Source: Lentisphaeria bacterium
GTDB taxonomy: Bacteria; Verrucomicrobiota; Lentisphaeria; JABSQK01; JAWLHB01
Reading direction: 5' to 3'
Length of the DNA: 64,000 bases
Assembly: GCA_041690595.1 (NCBI GenBank)
Contig: JAWLHB010000012.1
Span: 100,785-164,784 of the forward strand
The notes under the pieces: model-generated
What the model saw: the letters and a program-made list of their open reading frames with translations, nothing else
What the model was told of the DNA's origin: nothing
Database searches by the model: none
Program-made: the position numbers and the translations under genes
Shown here: positions 29,496-38,881 of the stretch, one piece after another
Position numbering within the stretch: position 1 is the first letter of the stretch
Layout: every line of letters begins with the position of its first letter

Positions 29496-30974
29496 ATGAG
29501 TGAAAGCGCCCAGGATATCGAAATCCGAATCAAACAGCTGGACGAAAAATGGGAGCTGGAGGAGCTTTCGGAGCTCGAGTACAAAGAGCAGAAGTGGAAG
29601 GCGCTTCAGCAGCTTTGCGATCGTGGCAAAGTGCTTTCACCCGAGTTTTTCTTTCCAGAGATGCAGGAAACGACGGATGCCAACGGCAAAGAATTCTGCT
29701 ACGTCGGCACCGGACCCTTTGTTTTTGGCCCGGAAGATCAGTTCTGCGAGTTGAAGGCGCCCATCTACATCAGTAAGTTTCCGGTGACGGTAGCGGAGTT
29801 CGTGACCTTTGTGGAAGAAAGTGGCTACAGTTATCCTGAAGAGGATCTGGAGCAATTGCATCTGGTATCCCCTGAGCCGACCTGCCCGGCCTGCCATATC
29901 AGCTGGCTGGATGCCAAGGAATACTGCCGCTGGCTGCGCAAGCGCAACTGCGAGTACTACAGCCTGCCCCATGAGATTGAGTGGGAGCGAGCCGCGCGGG
30001 GCATTGACGGCCGCTTCTATCCGTGGGGAAATTCCGACCCGACTCCGGAACAGGCCTGTTTCCGCGACCCGATCGACTACAAAGGCACAGCGCCCGTTGA
30101 GGCCTTCATCGAGAATTGCAGCCCCACCGGCTGCGTCGGCATGGTCGGCAACACCTGGGAATGGTGCCTGGACACGATCAAGGATCCCCGTGATCCGCAT
30201 ATTCTGCGCGGCGGTTCCTGGTGCAATCCGGTCGACTACTGCAACTGCATCTCGCGAACCTTCTCCTTTCCTCCCGAGAAGCGCGTCGATTACGGCGGTT
30301 TCCGCATCGTCTACCTGCCGCAGGAGATGCTGATCGAGTATCGCCGGCAATATGCCAGCGGCATGACCACGTCCTCCAACCTGACGGTCGTAACCCATGC
30401 CAAGCGCAAAACCCGCATGCTGGAAGAGCGACCAGAATGGCAACCCAGCGCAACCGCCAATTCACCCAGCGAAACCGGCGCCGTTCGAGCCAAGAAGGCC
30501 GCCAAGTCGCCGGAGCAACCCTCCGCGGCCGCCAGCAAGCCTTCCGGCACCGCGGATGCGGACGACTTCTCACTGAACGAGTTGATGGCTCAGGCAATCA
30601 GCGAAGCTGCGGACATCTATCGTACGTCATTGGAGAACCCCCAGGAACTTCCGCCGTTGAAGACTCGCCCACGCATGGAGCCGATCGCGCCGGTCGTCGT
30701 TCCCATGCAGAAGGAGAAGGAGGCGAAGGACGAGCCGAAGGCAGAGAAGAAGGCACTGAAGAAGTCGGAGGTTGCGGCAGAACCAGAGGAGAAGGCCTCG
30801 CCGCTGCGAAAGCTCGGAGAGCAGGAGAAGGAGAAGAAGAAGAAGAAAGGCCGGACGCGAAGCGACCTGGATCAGGCGGTGCAGAAGTACCTTCGCATCG
30901 CGGTAATCGTCTGGTGCTCGATCTTTGCGGCCCTTATCGCGCTGATCGTGCAGAAGATGCTTACCTTCGGCTGA
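29496..30974 (+). CDS. FGE-sulfatase (SUMF1/EgtB/PvdO) domain protein with C-terminal membrane anchor
   Basis: KFPVTVAEF, SLPHEIEWERAARG, YPWG, GNTWEW, RGGSW, GFR; low-complexity linker; terminal TM helix. Confidence 0.88.
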   Translation: MSESAQDIEIRIKQLDEKWELEELSELEYKEQKWKALQQLCDRGKVLSPEFFFPEMQETTDANGKEFCYVGTGPFVFGPEDQFCELKAPIYISKFPVTVAEFVTFVEESGYSYPEEDLEQLHLVSPEPTCPACHISWLDAKEYCRWLRKRNCEYYSLPHEIEWERAARGIDGRFYPWGNSDPTPEQACFRDPIDYKGTAPVEAFIENCSPTGCVGMVGNTWEWCLDTIKDPRDPHILRGGSWCNPVDYCNCISRTFSFPPEKRVDYGGFRIVYLPQEMLIEYRRQYASGMTTSSNLTVVTHAKRKTRMLEERPEWQPSATANSPSETGAVRAKKAAKSPEQPSAAASKPSGTADADDFSLNELMAQAISEAADIYRTSLENPQELPPLKTRPRMEPIAPVVVPMQKEKEAKDEPKAEKKALKKSEVAAEPEEKASPLRKLGEQEKEKKKKKGRTRSDLDQAVQKYLRIAVIVWCSIFAALIALIVQKMLTFG

Positions 30975-30999
30975 TGGGCAACGGCGTCGGCAATCAGGA

Positions 31000-31473
31000 T
31001 CAGCTTTCGAAGACGATATAGCGTTCGACGGGCCGCTTCTGGAAATGCTCTTGAACCTGATCGAAGTCCAGTTCGATTTTGGGATCCGAGGGAATCTGGG
31101 TGAAATCATCCTCGGAATAGTCCCGGCATTCGCCTTCCATGACGATCTGCGAGATGCCGAGAGCAGGGAGGCTGACGTCTTCCGCGGTAGGCCCGGGCAG
31201 GCCGTCCAACGTCTCGAGAACCTTGCGCGTGTCAAGCCGATCCATGATATGGGCATTGAGGAGGACGCGGAGGCGGTGGTTCTTGATCTTGTTCAGTGCC
31301 TGCTGCAGGTCGGCGATGCACTCGGCGCGTTCCTCTTTCGGCAAGACGTCCAGTTCGGCGGTGATGCCACGCAGCTGGTCTGAGATCTCCTGCAGGGTGG
31401 CAAAGGGGTCGATCTGGTACTTGTCGTAGATGGACGGCTGGCTGAACGGATTGAGATTATCTGGTATTGCCAT
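31000..31473 (-). CDS. Hypothetical protein with weak J-domain-like N-terminus
   Basis: ATG overlaps the end of the TPR gene. IYDKYQIDPFATLQEI...QQALNKIKNHRLR resembles J-domain helices but lacks HPD. Confidence 0.65.
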   Translation of the reverse strand: MAIPDNLNPFSQPSIYDKYQIDPFATLQEISDQLRGITAELDVLPKEERAECIADLQQALNKIKNHRLRVLLNAHIMDRLDTRKVLETLDGLPGPTAEDVSLPALGISQIVMEGECRDYSEDDFTQIPSDPKIELDFDQVQEHFQKRPVERYIVFES

Positions 31474-34400
31474 CGCTCTTCGGCTTGTTGAGGTTGATGG
31501 TACGAGCCGTGGCGTAAGCCTTCTCGAACTGCTGGCTGAGGTTGATACCCCGTTCGGCGTATGCAGCGGGATTTCGGCATGCTTCGCGCAGGAGCCGCAG
31601 ATTGTCATTCAGCTTCTCCAGATCCACTCCGGGCGGAATGCTGGCCAGGATCTTGTCGATCAAGTCGCCAGCTTCTGAGAAGCTGCCGCGTACCCCGACC
31701 TGTACGGCTTCGAGCAGCTCGGTGTTGAACTGGCGCTTGGCGCGCTGATAATCAGCGGGGGTAGCATAGATTGTACGCGTCGTGCGATAAAGTTCGAGCT
31801 GAGACTGCGCGTTGTCATGATCGAGGCCGAGCACGTCCGCGATCTGGACCTGCAGACTGAGTGAAGCAATGGTAAACTCCCAGCTGTTCCAGACCGGGTT
31901 GGTCTTGTCGATGCCGCGCAGATACTGCTCGACCTTCTCGCCAAGCCGCCGATAGTAGACCTTCAACTTGTTATCCTTGTCGGCCACTATCCGCAGCAGA
32001 TGGAGATGACGTTGCGTGCCGACTTCATCGCCGGCAGAAAGGCAGTGCAGCGCCTGGCCGATGAAGGCATTGACGAAAAGCTGGTCCTTGCAGGCCTGGT
32101 TGATCTTTTCGATGTCTTCGTTGGCGAAAGGGCGAAGCTTGTTGTCGTCATCGCTGAAGCGCGCCTGCGCAAGATTCCAGTAGGAGGGATTGGCGAAGAT
32201 GAACTGGTACCAGAAATCGATACTGCGCTGCCAGTTATCCCGCTTCGTCTCGTCGCCGGCGATCTCATTTTCCACCTGGTAGGCGCGCCGCAAATGGAGA
32301 ACAGCCAGATTATGCAGGATGAAGTAGTTGAGGTACTCGTCCTCCATCTTGCCGAGGTCCTGGGTCAGCGTGTCGATCAGGTCATTGGGGGCGAGGAGAT
32401 TTTCGTCCCGCTGCAGTTGGTCACTGATATCCCAGGCGTTGAGGATGGTGACGACTTCGCGAGGCGGCTTGGCAATGTCACGCAGGGCGAGTTTCGCCTC
32501 CTTCAGCTGGTTCTGCTTGAGGTGTCGGATGGCGCCCTGGGCAGCGAGATAGGTAAAGAGCTTGCGATCACGCTCGGATTGGTCGGCAAAGGGGCGCATG
32601 AACTCGAGTGCCTGCTGGTGATCGTTGTTCTGCAGACAGGCGATGGCCTGCATGTAGAGGGCCTTGGAGCGCTTCTCGTCCGGCAGGTCCTTCGCCAGAG
32701 TGGCGATGGTGGCATGATCCTGCAACTGGCAGAGATAATAGATCCTGGCAAGGAGTATCTTGTCCCGCAGATAGGCGTCGCCGGCGGTTTCGCCAGCCGG
32801 CAGGGAGACGCGGGCGAGGCTGCGCTCGGCGTCCTGAATCTTGCCCCGGCGAGCATTCATGAAGGCCTGAATGGTGACGAGGCCGGCCGTCAGATGATCG
32901 GGACGGTCGCTCATGCCGGAGAAGCTATTCATCGCCTCCCGCGCCTGCTGCTCATGACCACATCCAAGTTCAGCAATGATCAGATGGTAGCGGTAGCGGG
33001 CATTGGCGCCATCGGCCTCGATCAGTGAACTCAGCAGCGACGCGGCGTCGGCATACTGTCCTTGGAAGAGCTGGCAGAGGGCGAGATAGTATTGGCAACT
33101 CTGATAGCGCGCCTTGTCCTTGGCTTCCAACTGCAGTTCCGCGCAGCGCGCCTGGGCCTCGACGTACTCGCCCTGCTCGAGCCAGTTGATCACCATGCGG
33201 AAACGTGCTTCCTCGACGAAATCCGCCACGGATCGCAACTCGGCATCCGGAAGCGGGTTCTCGCTCACGAACTCGAAGCATTGGTGCGCCATTTTGTAGG
33301 CGTGCTGCTCGAAGAGCATGACGCCGATGGAGTACATGGCGCGGGTGGCGGTTTCCGCGGACCAGTCCTTGCTCTGGGCCGTACGGCCAAGGATCTTGAT
33401 CAGCGTCTGTTCGCAGCGCCGCAGCTCCCGTCTGGCAGCGAGGGAGTAGGCATAGAGGAAGAGGAACCAAGGGGAACTCTCGCCGGCATCCTCGGCGATG
33501 GCGAAGTAGTGGAGCGAGGTATCACTGTCGCTGCGGAAGAAGGCGATATAGCCAATGCGACGTGACGCCCACCGGCGGAAGGCTGGTTCGGTGACCGCTT
33601 TCTTGAGGTGGTCGATCGCCCGTTCCGGCGCCTTCTCCTGCAGGAGTACGCCGAGGAAGTAGTTGCCAGCGGGGTCTTCCGGCTTAAGTTCCACAATGCG
33701 CTTGAAGGAGGCCAGAGCAGCTTCGCCATCGTTCTTCGACAGGTGTATCTGGCCGATGCCGACCAGGGCAGGCGCGAAATCCGGATTCAGTTCCAGCGCC
33801 TTGGTATAGAAGACTTCCGCCTTCTGCAGTTCATCGCGCTTGAAGAGGATGTTGCCCTGCAAGGTGAGGGCGGAAGGATAACAGGGGTCATCGCTCTTGA
33901 TCACGGCGGCGACCTTGAGCGCCTTGAGGTGTTGCCCCATCTCGGCGAAGGTGGAGGCGAGATAGTAGATGGCCTCGCTGTCGTTCGGATATTTCTTGAG
34001 GAGGGCCTGATACCACTTGGCGGCCCGTTCACCCTCGCCTGCCCGGCCAAAGGCGCGAGCGCCCCAGTAGAGGATGTCCCGGTCCTTGTGCTTGGCCGCT
34101 TCGAAACACTTGTAGGCGGAAACGTACTTCTCCGTCTCGAAGAAGCACCGGCCCAGCTTGTACCAGAGCTGCTCATCCTGGCCATTGACCGCGAGCGACA
34201 CCTTGAGATGCGGGATGGCCTCCTCGTAGTCCTGCCGCTGGTAGGCGAGGTCGCCGACGATCTGCCGCACGTCCACATCCTTGGGATTGTGCTCGATGTA
34301 GGCGGTGAGATGATGCCGCGCTTTGTCGCTGTTGCCCTGCAGATGGGCGATCATGCCAAGCTGGTGCACAACCATGGCGTGGTGCTTGTTCCAAATGGCG

Positions 34401-37400
34401 TCGCGGCTCTCGGCGGGCGTCTGTTCAAGTTCCTGCAGGATGCTTTGCAGTTGCAGCGAGCCTTTTACCGGATCCCGTTCGGATCTGCGCATGGCGACAT
34501 GGATCGCGAAGAGCTTGCGGTCGTTCATCAGGGCAACCATGTTGGCCAGCTCACGCGCATGGGCAGCGAGCTTCCGGCGGGCCGTTTCGGAGGCAGCCGT
34601 GTTGAGGGGCGTATCGGAAAGAACCCAGAGTAGGGCTCGCTCCAGCATCAACCGCCGTTCATAATACACCAACGGAAAGAATCGGTAGGTCGTGCAGCCA
34701 TAGCCGTTGAAGAGAATGCCCGGCAGTACAAAGGCGAGTGCAAACGAGTTGGCGTGCGAGATGTCCGACAGGAGCGACGCCACCAGAAAGAGGAGAAAGA
34801 CACAGAAGACAGTGAAGAAGTGGTGCAAACGATATTCGAGTTCATCCCTCTCCCGCCCACGCCGAATGGCAAAGACAAAGAAGCTGGACCAGATGGCGAT
34901 CCAGGCGACCAGCGCGGCCCAATCCAGACCGCCGCGGATGCGCAAGGGCAGGCGGATCTTCTCCATGCGCAGTTCCCACTGCTTGTCGTCCCGCAACTGG
35001 CTGATGTTACGCTCTTCGGCAATGGCTGGAAAGTCGCGCTGGAGCTGCTCATAGATGGTAAAAGCGCGCTCAACCTGGCCGAGGGCGAGATAATTCTCGG
35101 CGCGATTCATCATCAGCGAGACGAACTTCTGCTGGGTCACGGGCAGTTGGGTATTGTCGGCAAGCTCGGGGAGGCTCAGAACATCCGTGGCGGTGTCGAG
35201 AATATCGGTGGAGACGGTGGCCGCGGCGGCTTCTGGGGTGGTGTTGGTGGGGTTGGTGAGGTTGTGCAGGTGATTGCGCACGATGATCAAGAGCTGGTGG
35301 TGCAACTGAATCTCTTCGGTCAAACCGGGATACTGCTCGTGCATGCCGCGGTAAAGCGCAAGAGCCTGCCTGGATTTGCCGTCCTGCCAGGTCTCATTGA
35401 GAATGCCGACCAGCTTCTTGCCGAGGACCTGAACAGGAGGAAGCAGGCGCAGGCGGCCAGGGAAACGCTGGCTGTACCGATCGTACACTTGCATCAGTTC
35501 CGGAGAATCGAGCGGATCGTGAACATTGGTGTACTGGCGGCTGGCAAGGCTGAGAATCCTGGCAACCAGTTGGTGCGTTTCGGCGAACTGGGGTGCGCTC
35601 AGAGCGATCTCTTCATAGTTGGCGATGGCCTCCGTGATACTGCCTGCCGCTACCTGCTGTTCCGCCAACTTGAGTCTGGCCCGCGCGAGCTGCGCGTTCA
35701 CGTTGTGCCTGGTGGCAAAAGTCGTGTACGGCTCGTCGAGCAGGCTGGCGTAGACACTCATGGCGGTGGTCAAGTCGCCCTGCTCTTCATACCGTTGGGC
35801 TATCTCCATTTTACGGCTGAGCAGCTTGTAGCCAAGGCTTTCACCGATCTGCCTGCTGTCGAGCTGCTGGAGCACTTTCTGAATGGATTCGGCTGCCCGC
35901 ATATACTCGCCATCATGGATGAACTTATCGACGAAACTGATATAGATGGCCTGGTTATGCTCATCGGCCAGCCCCTCGCCCCGCTTCTCCAGATCCTCGC
36001 TCGCCTCGCGAAAAATGGCTTCCCTGTTGTTGCTGAGGAAGGCTTCCCAATGGCTGATTGCCGCGGCAGGCAAGGTGCCCTTGGCCGCCTCGACGGCGGC
36101 CCCCAACTCGAGGACGAGGTTCCATGCCTTGAGCGGTTCCTTGTGGCGCAGCGCCCGCAGTTCATCGTACTGGCGCAGATACAGCTCATAGCGTCGGACC
36201 GCATCGACATCCCCGCGAAGCTGACGCACGGATATGCCCAGCGCGGTGAGTTGCTTGCCCTCCTGATCGATGAAGTCGGAGCTGCTGTCGATGAGAGATT
36301 GCAGCTCTTCACGAGGGAAACGTTCGGGATGAATGAGGTTGTCCTGTATCTGCAGAGCCTGGTTGCGCAGTTGCTCGGCAATGGCCCCCGTGGCAACCGC
36401 ACTCTCTTCCATGCCGGCCTCTTTCAGCGCCTCACTTGCCTGGGCAAAAGTTTCGGCCGCCCTCCCAAAGCGCTTGCCCTGATTGTGCTGCCAGCCGTCA
36501 TCGTACAACTGCTTGACTTGCCGGAGCAGGAGCACTCGCTGCGCCGTCTCGTCAAGCGCCTGGCGGTAGGAAGCGAGCATCGTGTCGAGACGGTCCACAT
36601 GCTGCTGGCGTCCCTCGCCGAAAGTGGCATCGCGGATCATGGCAAGACCGGGAAAAATCGTACGCTCGACCGTCTGACGAAGCTCGTTATACGCATCGTC
36701 GGAGAACTGCAGCTGTCCCGCAGCATCGAGCAGAAGAATCTGCTTGGAGACCTCGGGTAGCTGATCCGCCTTGTTGGAGGCTACGGTGATGATCCCTTCC
36801 AGAAGCCTGGCTTGTTCGATGTCGATCAGGGGGCTGACACCGGCTCCCTTGGCGAGAGTTTGCAGAAGGCTGACAACAGGCTCGGGCTTGAGCGTATCGC
36901 TGTAGGCTTCCAGCACCTTGTCCTGCAGGCGGGTCACCGTGGCCGTCATCAAGTCCCCAAGGATCTGATGGCTGTTGACGCGCTCCTTGCGAGCGAGAGG
37001 GGTATACTCGGGGATGCTGTTGAGGGCACGCTGGTAGGCAATCAGGGCATGCAGCGCCTCTTCATCCGAAACCGCCTGCCCGGCCTCGTGCTGTTCACGT
37101 AGCGTCTGGATGGCGGCGGCCAGCTTGAGAAGCGCGATCGTCGGCTCGAGTGAACCGTACTCTTCGCGATAGTAATTGACGGCATGGCGCAGGGCGTCCT
37201 TGTGCCTGGCGCTGACGACGGCGGAATTGAGTTGGGGTTGCAGCCGCTGCTCGAAGTCGGCGATCATACTGCGCAGAGTCCCCAGATCGTTCTCCACCCG
37301 GAGGAAGCTGTTCGAGACAACCCACTGCGCCATCAGGTTGAGCAGCTCGTTGATCCGCATCGACTCGGCGATCATGCCGGGGGAGACGGAGATGCGCCCG

Positions 37401-37645
37401 ATCGGCACCTGCTGCACACCCTCAGGGGCGGCGAATACGACATGGGACGGCAGTCGGCGCACCTCGACTCCCTGCAGGTGCTTGCCGTCCGCCAGTATGA
37501 TGTTGCCAATGGCGTTTTCCGCGCCTCCCGCCGGGGCGGCGATCAGCAACGCAAATGCAACGGCAACCACCGAGTGACAGAGGAGGAGAATAGGTTGAGC
37601 CGCGGGAAAGATTCTACGCATCATGGTGTTCTTGGACGCGCGCAA
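31457..37645 (-). CDS. Giant (~2060 aa) transmembrane TPR-repeat protein
   Basis: Signal peptide, about three central TM segments, many TPR units (e.g. YTKALELNPDFAPALVGIGQI). Exact start uncertain. Confidence 0.88.
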   Translation of the reverse strand: MRASKNTMMRRIFPAAQPILLLCHSVVAVAFALLIAAPAGGAENAIGNIILADGKHLQGVEVRRLPSHVVFAAPEGVQQVPIGRISVSPGMIAESMRINELLNLMAQWVVSNSFLRVENDLGTLRSMIADFEQRLQPQLNSAVVSARHKDALRHAVNYYREEYGSLEPTIALLKLAAAIQTLREQHEAGQAVSDEEALHALIAYQRALNSIPEYTPLARKERVNSHQILGDLMTATVTRLQDKVLEAYSDTLKPEPVVSLLQTLAKGAGVSPLIDIEQARLLEGIITVASNKADQLPEVSKQILLLDAAGQLQFSDDAYNELRQTVERTIFPGLAMIRDATFGEGRQQHVDRLDTMLASYRQALDETAQRVLLLRQVKQLYDDGWQHNQGKRFGRAAETFAQASEALKEAGMEESAVATGAIAEQLRNQALQIQDNLIHPERFPREELQSLIDSSSDFIDQEGKQLTALGISVRQLRGDVDAVRRYELYLRQYDELRALRHKEPLKAWNLVLELGAAVEAAKGTLPAAAISHWEAFLSNNREAIFREASEDLEKRGEGLADEHNQAIYISFVDKFIHDGEYMRAAESIQKVLQQLDSRQIGESLGYKLLSRKMEIAQRYEEQGDLTTAMSVYASLLDEPYTTFATRHNVNAQLARARLKLAEQQVAAGSITEAIANYEEIALSAPQFAETHQLVARILSLASRQYTNVHDPLDSPELMQVYDRYSQRFPGRLRLLPPVQVLGKKLVGILNETWQDGKSRQALALYRGMHEQYPGLTEEIQLHHQLLIIVRNHLHNLTNPTNTTPEAAAATVSTDILDTATDVLSLPELADNTQLPVTQQKFVSLMMNRAENYLALGQVERAFTIYEQLQRDFPAIAEERNISQLRDDKQWELRMEKIRLPLRIRGGLDWAALVAWIAIWSSFFVFAIRRGRERDELEYRLHHFFTVFCVFLLFLVASLLSDISHANSFALAFVLPGILFNGYGCTTYRFFPLVYYERRLMLERALLWVLSDTPLNTAASETARRKLAAHARELANMVALMNDRKLFAIHVAMRRSERDPVKGSLQLQSILQELEQTPAESRDAIWNKHHAMVVHQLGMIAHLQGNSDKARHHLTAYIEHNPKDVDVRQIVGDLAYQRQDYEEAIPHLKVSLAVNGQDEQLWYKLGRCFFETEKYVSAYKCFEAAKHKDRDILYWGARAFGRAGEGERAAKWYQALLKKYPNDSEAIYYLASTFAEMGQHLKALKVAAVIKSDDPCYPSALTLQGNILFKRDELQKAEVFYTKALELNPDFAPALVGIGQIHLSKNDGEAALASFKRIVELKPEDPAGNYFLGVLLQEKAPERAIDHLKKAVTEPAFRRWASRRIGYIAFFRSDSDTSLHYFAIAEDAGESSPWFLFLYAYSLAARRELRRCEQTLIKILGRTAQSKDWSAETATRAMYSIGVMLFEQHAYKMAHQCFEFVSENPLPDAELRSVADFVEEARFRMVINWLEQGEYVEAQARCAELQLEAKDKARYQSCQYYLALCQLFQGQYADAASLLSSLIEADGANARYRYHLIIAELGCGHEQQAREAMNSFSGMSDRPDHLTAGLVTIQAFMNARRGKIQDAERSLARVSLPAGETAGDAYLRDKILLARIYYLCQLQDHATIATLAKDLPDEKRSKALYMQAIACLQNNDHQQALEFMRPFADQSERDRKLFTYLAAQGAIRHLKQNQLKEAKLALRDIAKPPREVVTILNAWDISDQLQRDENLLAPNDLIDTLTQDLGKMEDEYLNYFILHNLAVLHLRRAYQVENEIAGDETKRDNWQRSIDFWYQFIFANPSYWNLAQARFSDDDNKLRPFANEDIEKINQACKDQLFVNAFIGQALHCLSAGDEVGTQRHLHLLRIVADKDNKLKVYYRRLGEKVEQYLRGIDKTNPVWNSWEFTIASLSLQVQIADVLGLDHDNAQSQLELYRTTRTIYATPADYQRAKRQFNTELLEAVQVGVRGSFSEAGDLIDKILASIPPGVDLEKLNDNLRLLREACRNPAAYAERGINLSQQFEKAYATARTINLNKPKSDGNTR

Positions 37646-37888
37646 TACGCTGGAGCAGGTGCTTGATCGGTGGTGATTCCTTGGTCTGGTTGCGGTAATA
37701 TAGCGGTCGGAAAGAATTTGTCACGAAATGCTCGCTCGAAATCGTCGCCGAAGCAGCGGGAAGGCTGCCGGGGACGCTTCCCTGGTGAGGCGTGGTCGAA
37801 CATGTCGGACAAGTCGGAAGAGAGCAACGGGTGGTCTCTGGTGGCGAGGAGGGGGAGCCCCTGAGTTGTTGGGATGGAGTCGTGAGCA

Positions 37889-37917
37889 TTGACAAGGTGG
37901 GCGGCGCCTATTAACTT
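37889..37917 (+). promoter_or_regulatory. Sigma70-type promoter TTGACA-N17-TAACTT
   Basis: Consensus -35 box, 17-bp spacer, TAnnnT -10 box upstream of 37975. Confidence 0.5.
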
Positions 37918-37974
37918 GCGATTTGCATTTTCACGGATGGCGAACGGCGCCCAGCGTTCATAAGAAGGATAAAC

Positions 37975-38820
37975 ATGATGGACTGGAAGCGGGATGAGGT
38001 GGCGGCACTGCTGCTGGAAGCCGGGCGCTGTGCGTTGCGGCATTATGAAACCCCACGCCGGCAGGTAAAGAACGATGGGACTCTGGTGACCCAGGCCGAC
38101 CAGGAGATCGAAGCGTTGCTGGCGCGTTATCTGGACCGGCCGGAGGAGGGCTTCTACCTTCTGGGCGAGGAGACCGAGGGGAGCCGGTCGGAGAGCTATC
38201 TTGCCGCTGCTTTGAAGGAGACTGCGTATGTGGTCGACCCGATCGATGGGACGGCCTGCTATGCGCATCATGTTCCGATATGGGGGATCTCGCTCGGCCG
38301 CATGCGCAAGGGCGTGCTGGATGAAGGGGCCGTCTACATGCCGGTGACTGGGGAGCTGTTCATCTCGGAGGGGCCGCACGTGTACCTGGCGGAGGCAGCG
38401 GCGACGGCCGATGCTGGCAGCCTGACATGGGAAGAGTTGACGCCGCCCACGGCTGGCCCGTTCCGCGCCACCGGCCTGATCGCGCTGACGCAGGATCTGG
38501 GCAAGAGCGGCGGGTTGAGCCTGCCGAACCCGGTTCATGTGCTGGCATGCGCGGTGGTGCCTCTCACCTACCTTCTGCTGGGCCGCTACGAAGCCTACAT
38601 CGGCTATCTGAAGGTCTGGGATCTGGCGGGCGGGCTGCCGTTGCTGCTCAAGCTTGGCTTTGCCGCGACTTTGCTGGATGGGCGGGTGCTGGACGGGCGG
38701 GTGGATGAGGAGTATTATTGTCTGGGTCCGCAGGAGGGCCAGCGCTGGAAGCTCAGGAAGCCTTGCCTCTTTGCCAGGCCGGGCATCGACGCCGAGTTGC
38801 TCCCGCGGATTCCTGTTTGA
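37975..38820 (+). CDS. Inositol monophosphatase family protein
   Basis: LVTQAD, LLGEE, VVDPIDGT and VWDLAGG. Confidence 0.92.
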   Translation: MMDWKRDEVAALLLEAGRCALRHYETPRRQVKNDGTLVTQADQEIEALLARYLDRPEEGFYLLGEETEGSRSESYLAAALKETAYVVDPIDGTACYAHHVPIWGISLGRMRKGVLDEGAVYMPVTGELFISEGPHVYLAEAAATADAGSLTWEELTPPTAGPFRATGLIALTQDLGKSGGLSLPNPVHVLACAVVPLTYLLLGRYEAYIGYLKVWDLAGGLPLLLKLGFAATLLDGRVLDGRVDEEYYCLGPQEGQRWKLRKPCLFARPGIDAELLPRIPV

Positions 38821-38881
38821 AGGCGGTGCAAAACCGCTGACCCATTTACCACTACCATGTCCTGACCGAGGAACGATAACC

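Noticed and set aside
30200..30310. DGR variable region in the FGE/C-lectin fold gene
   Set aside because: No template repeat or reverse transcriptase seen in the window, and the domain is not C-terminal.
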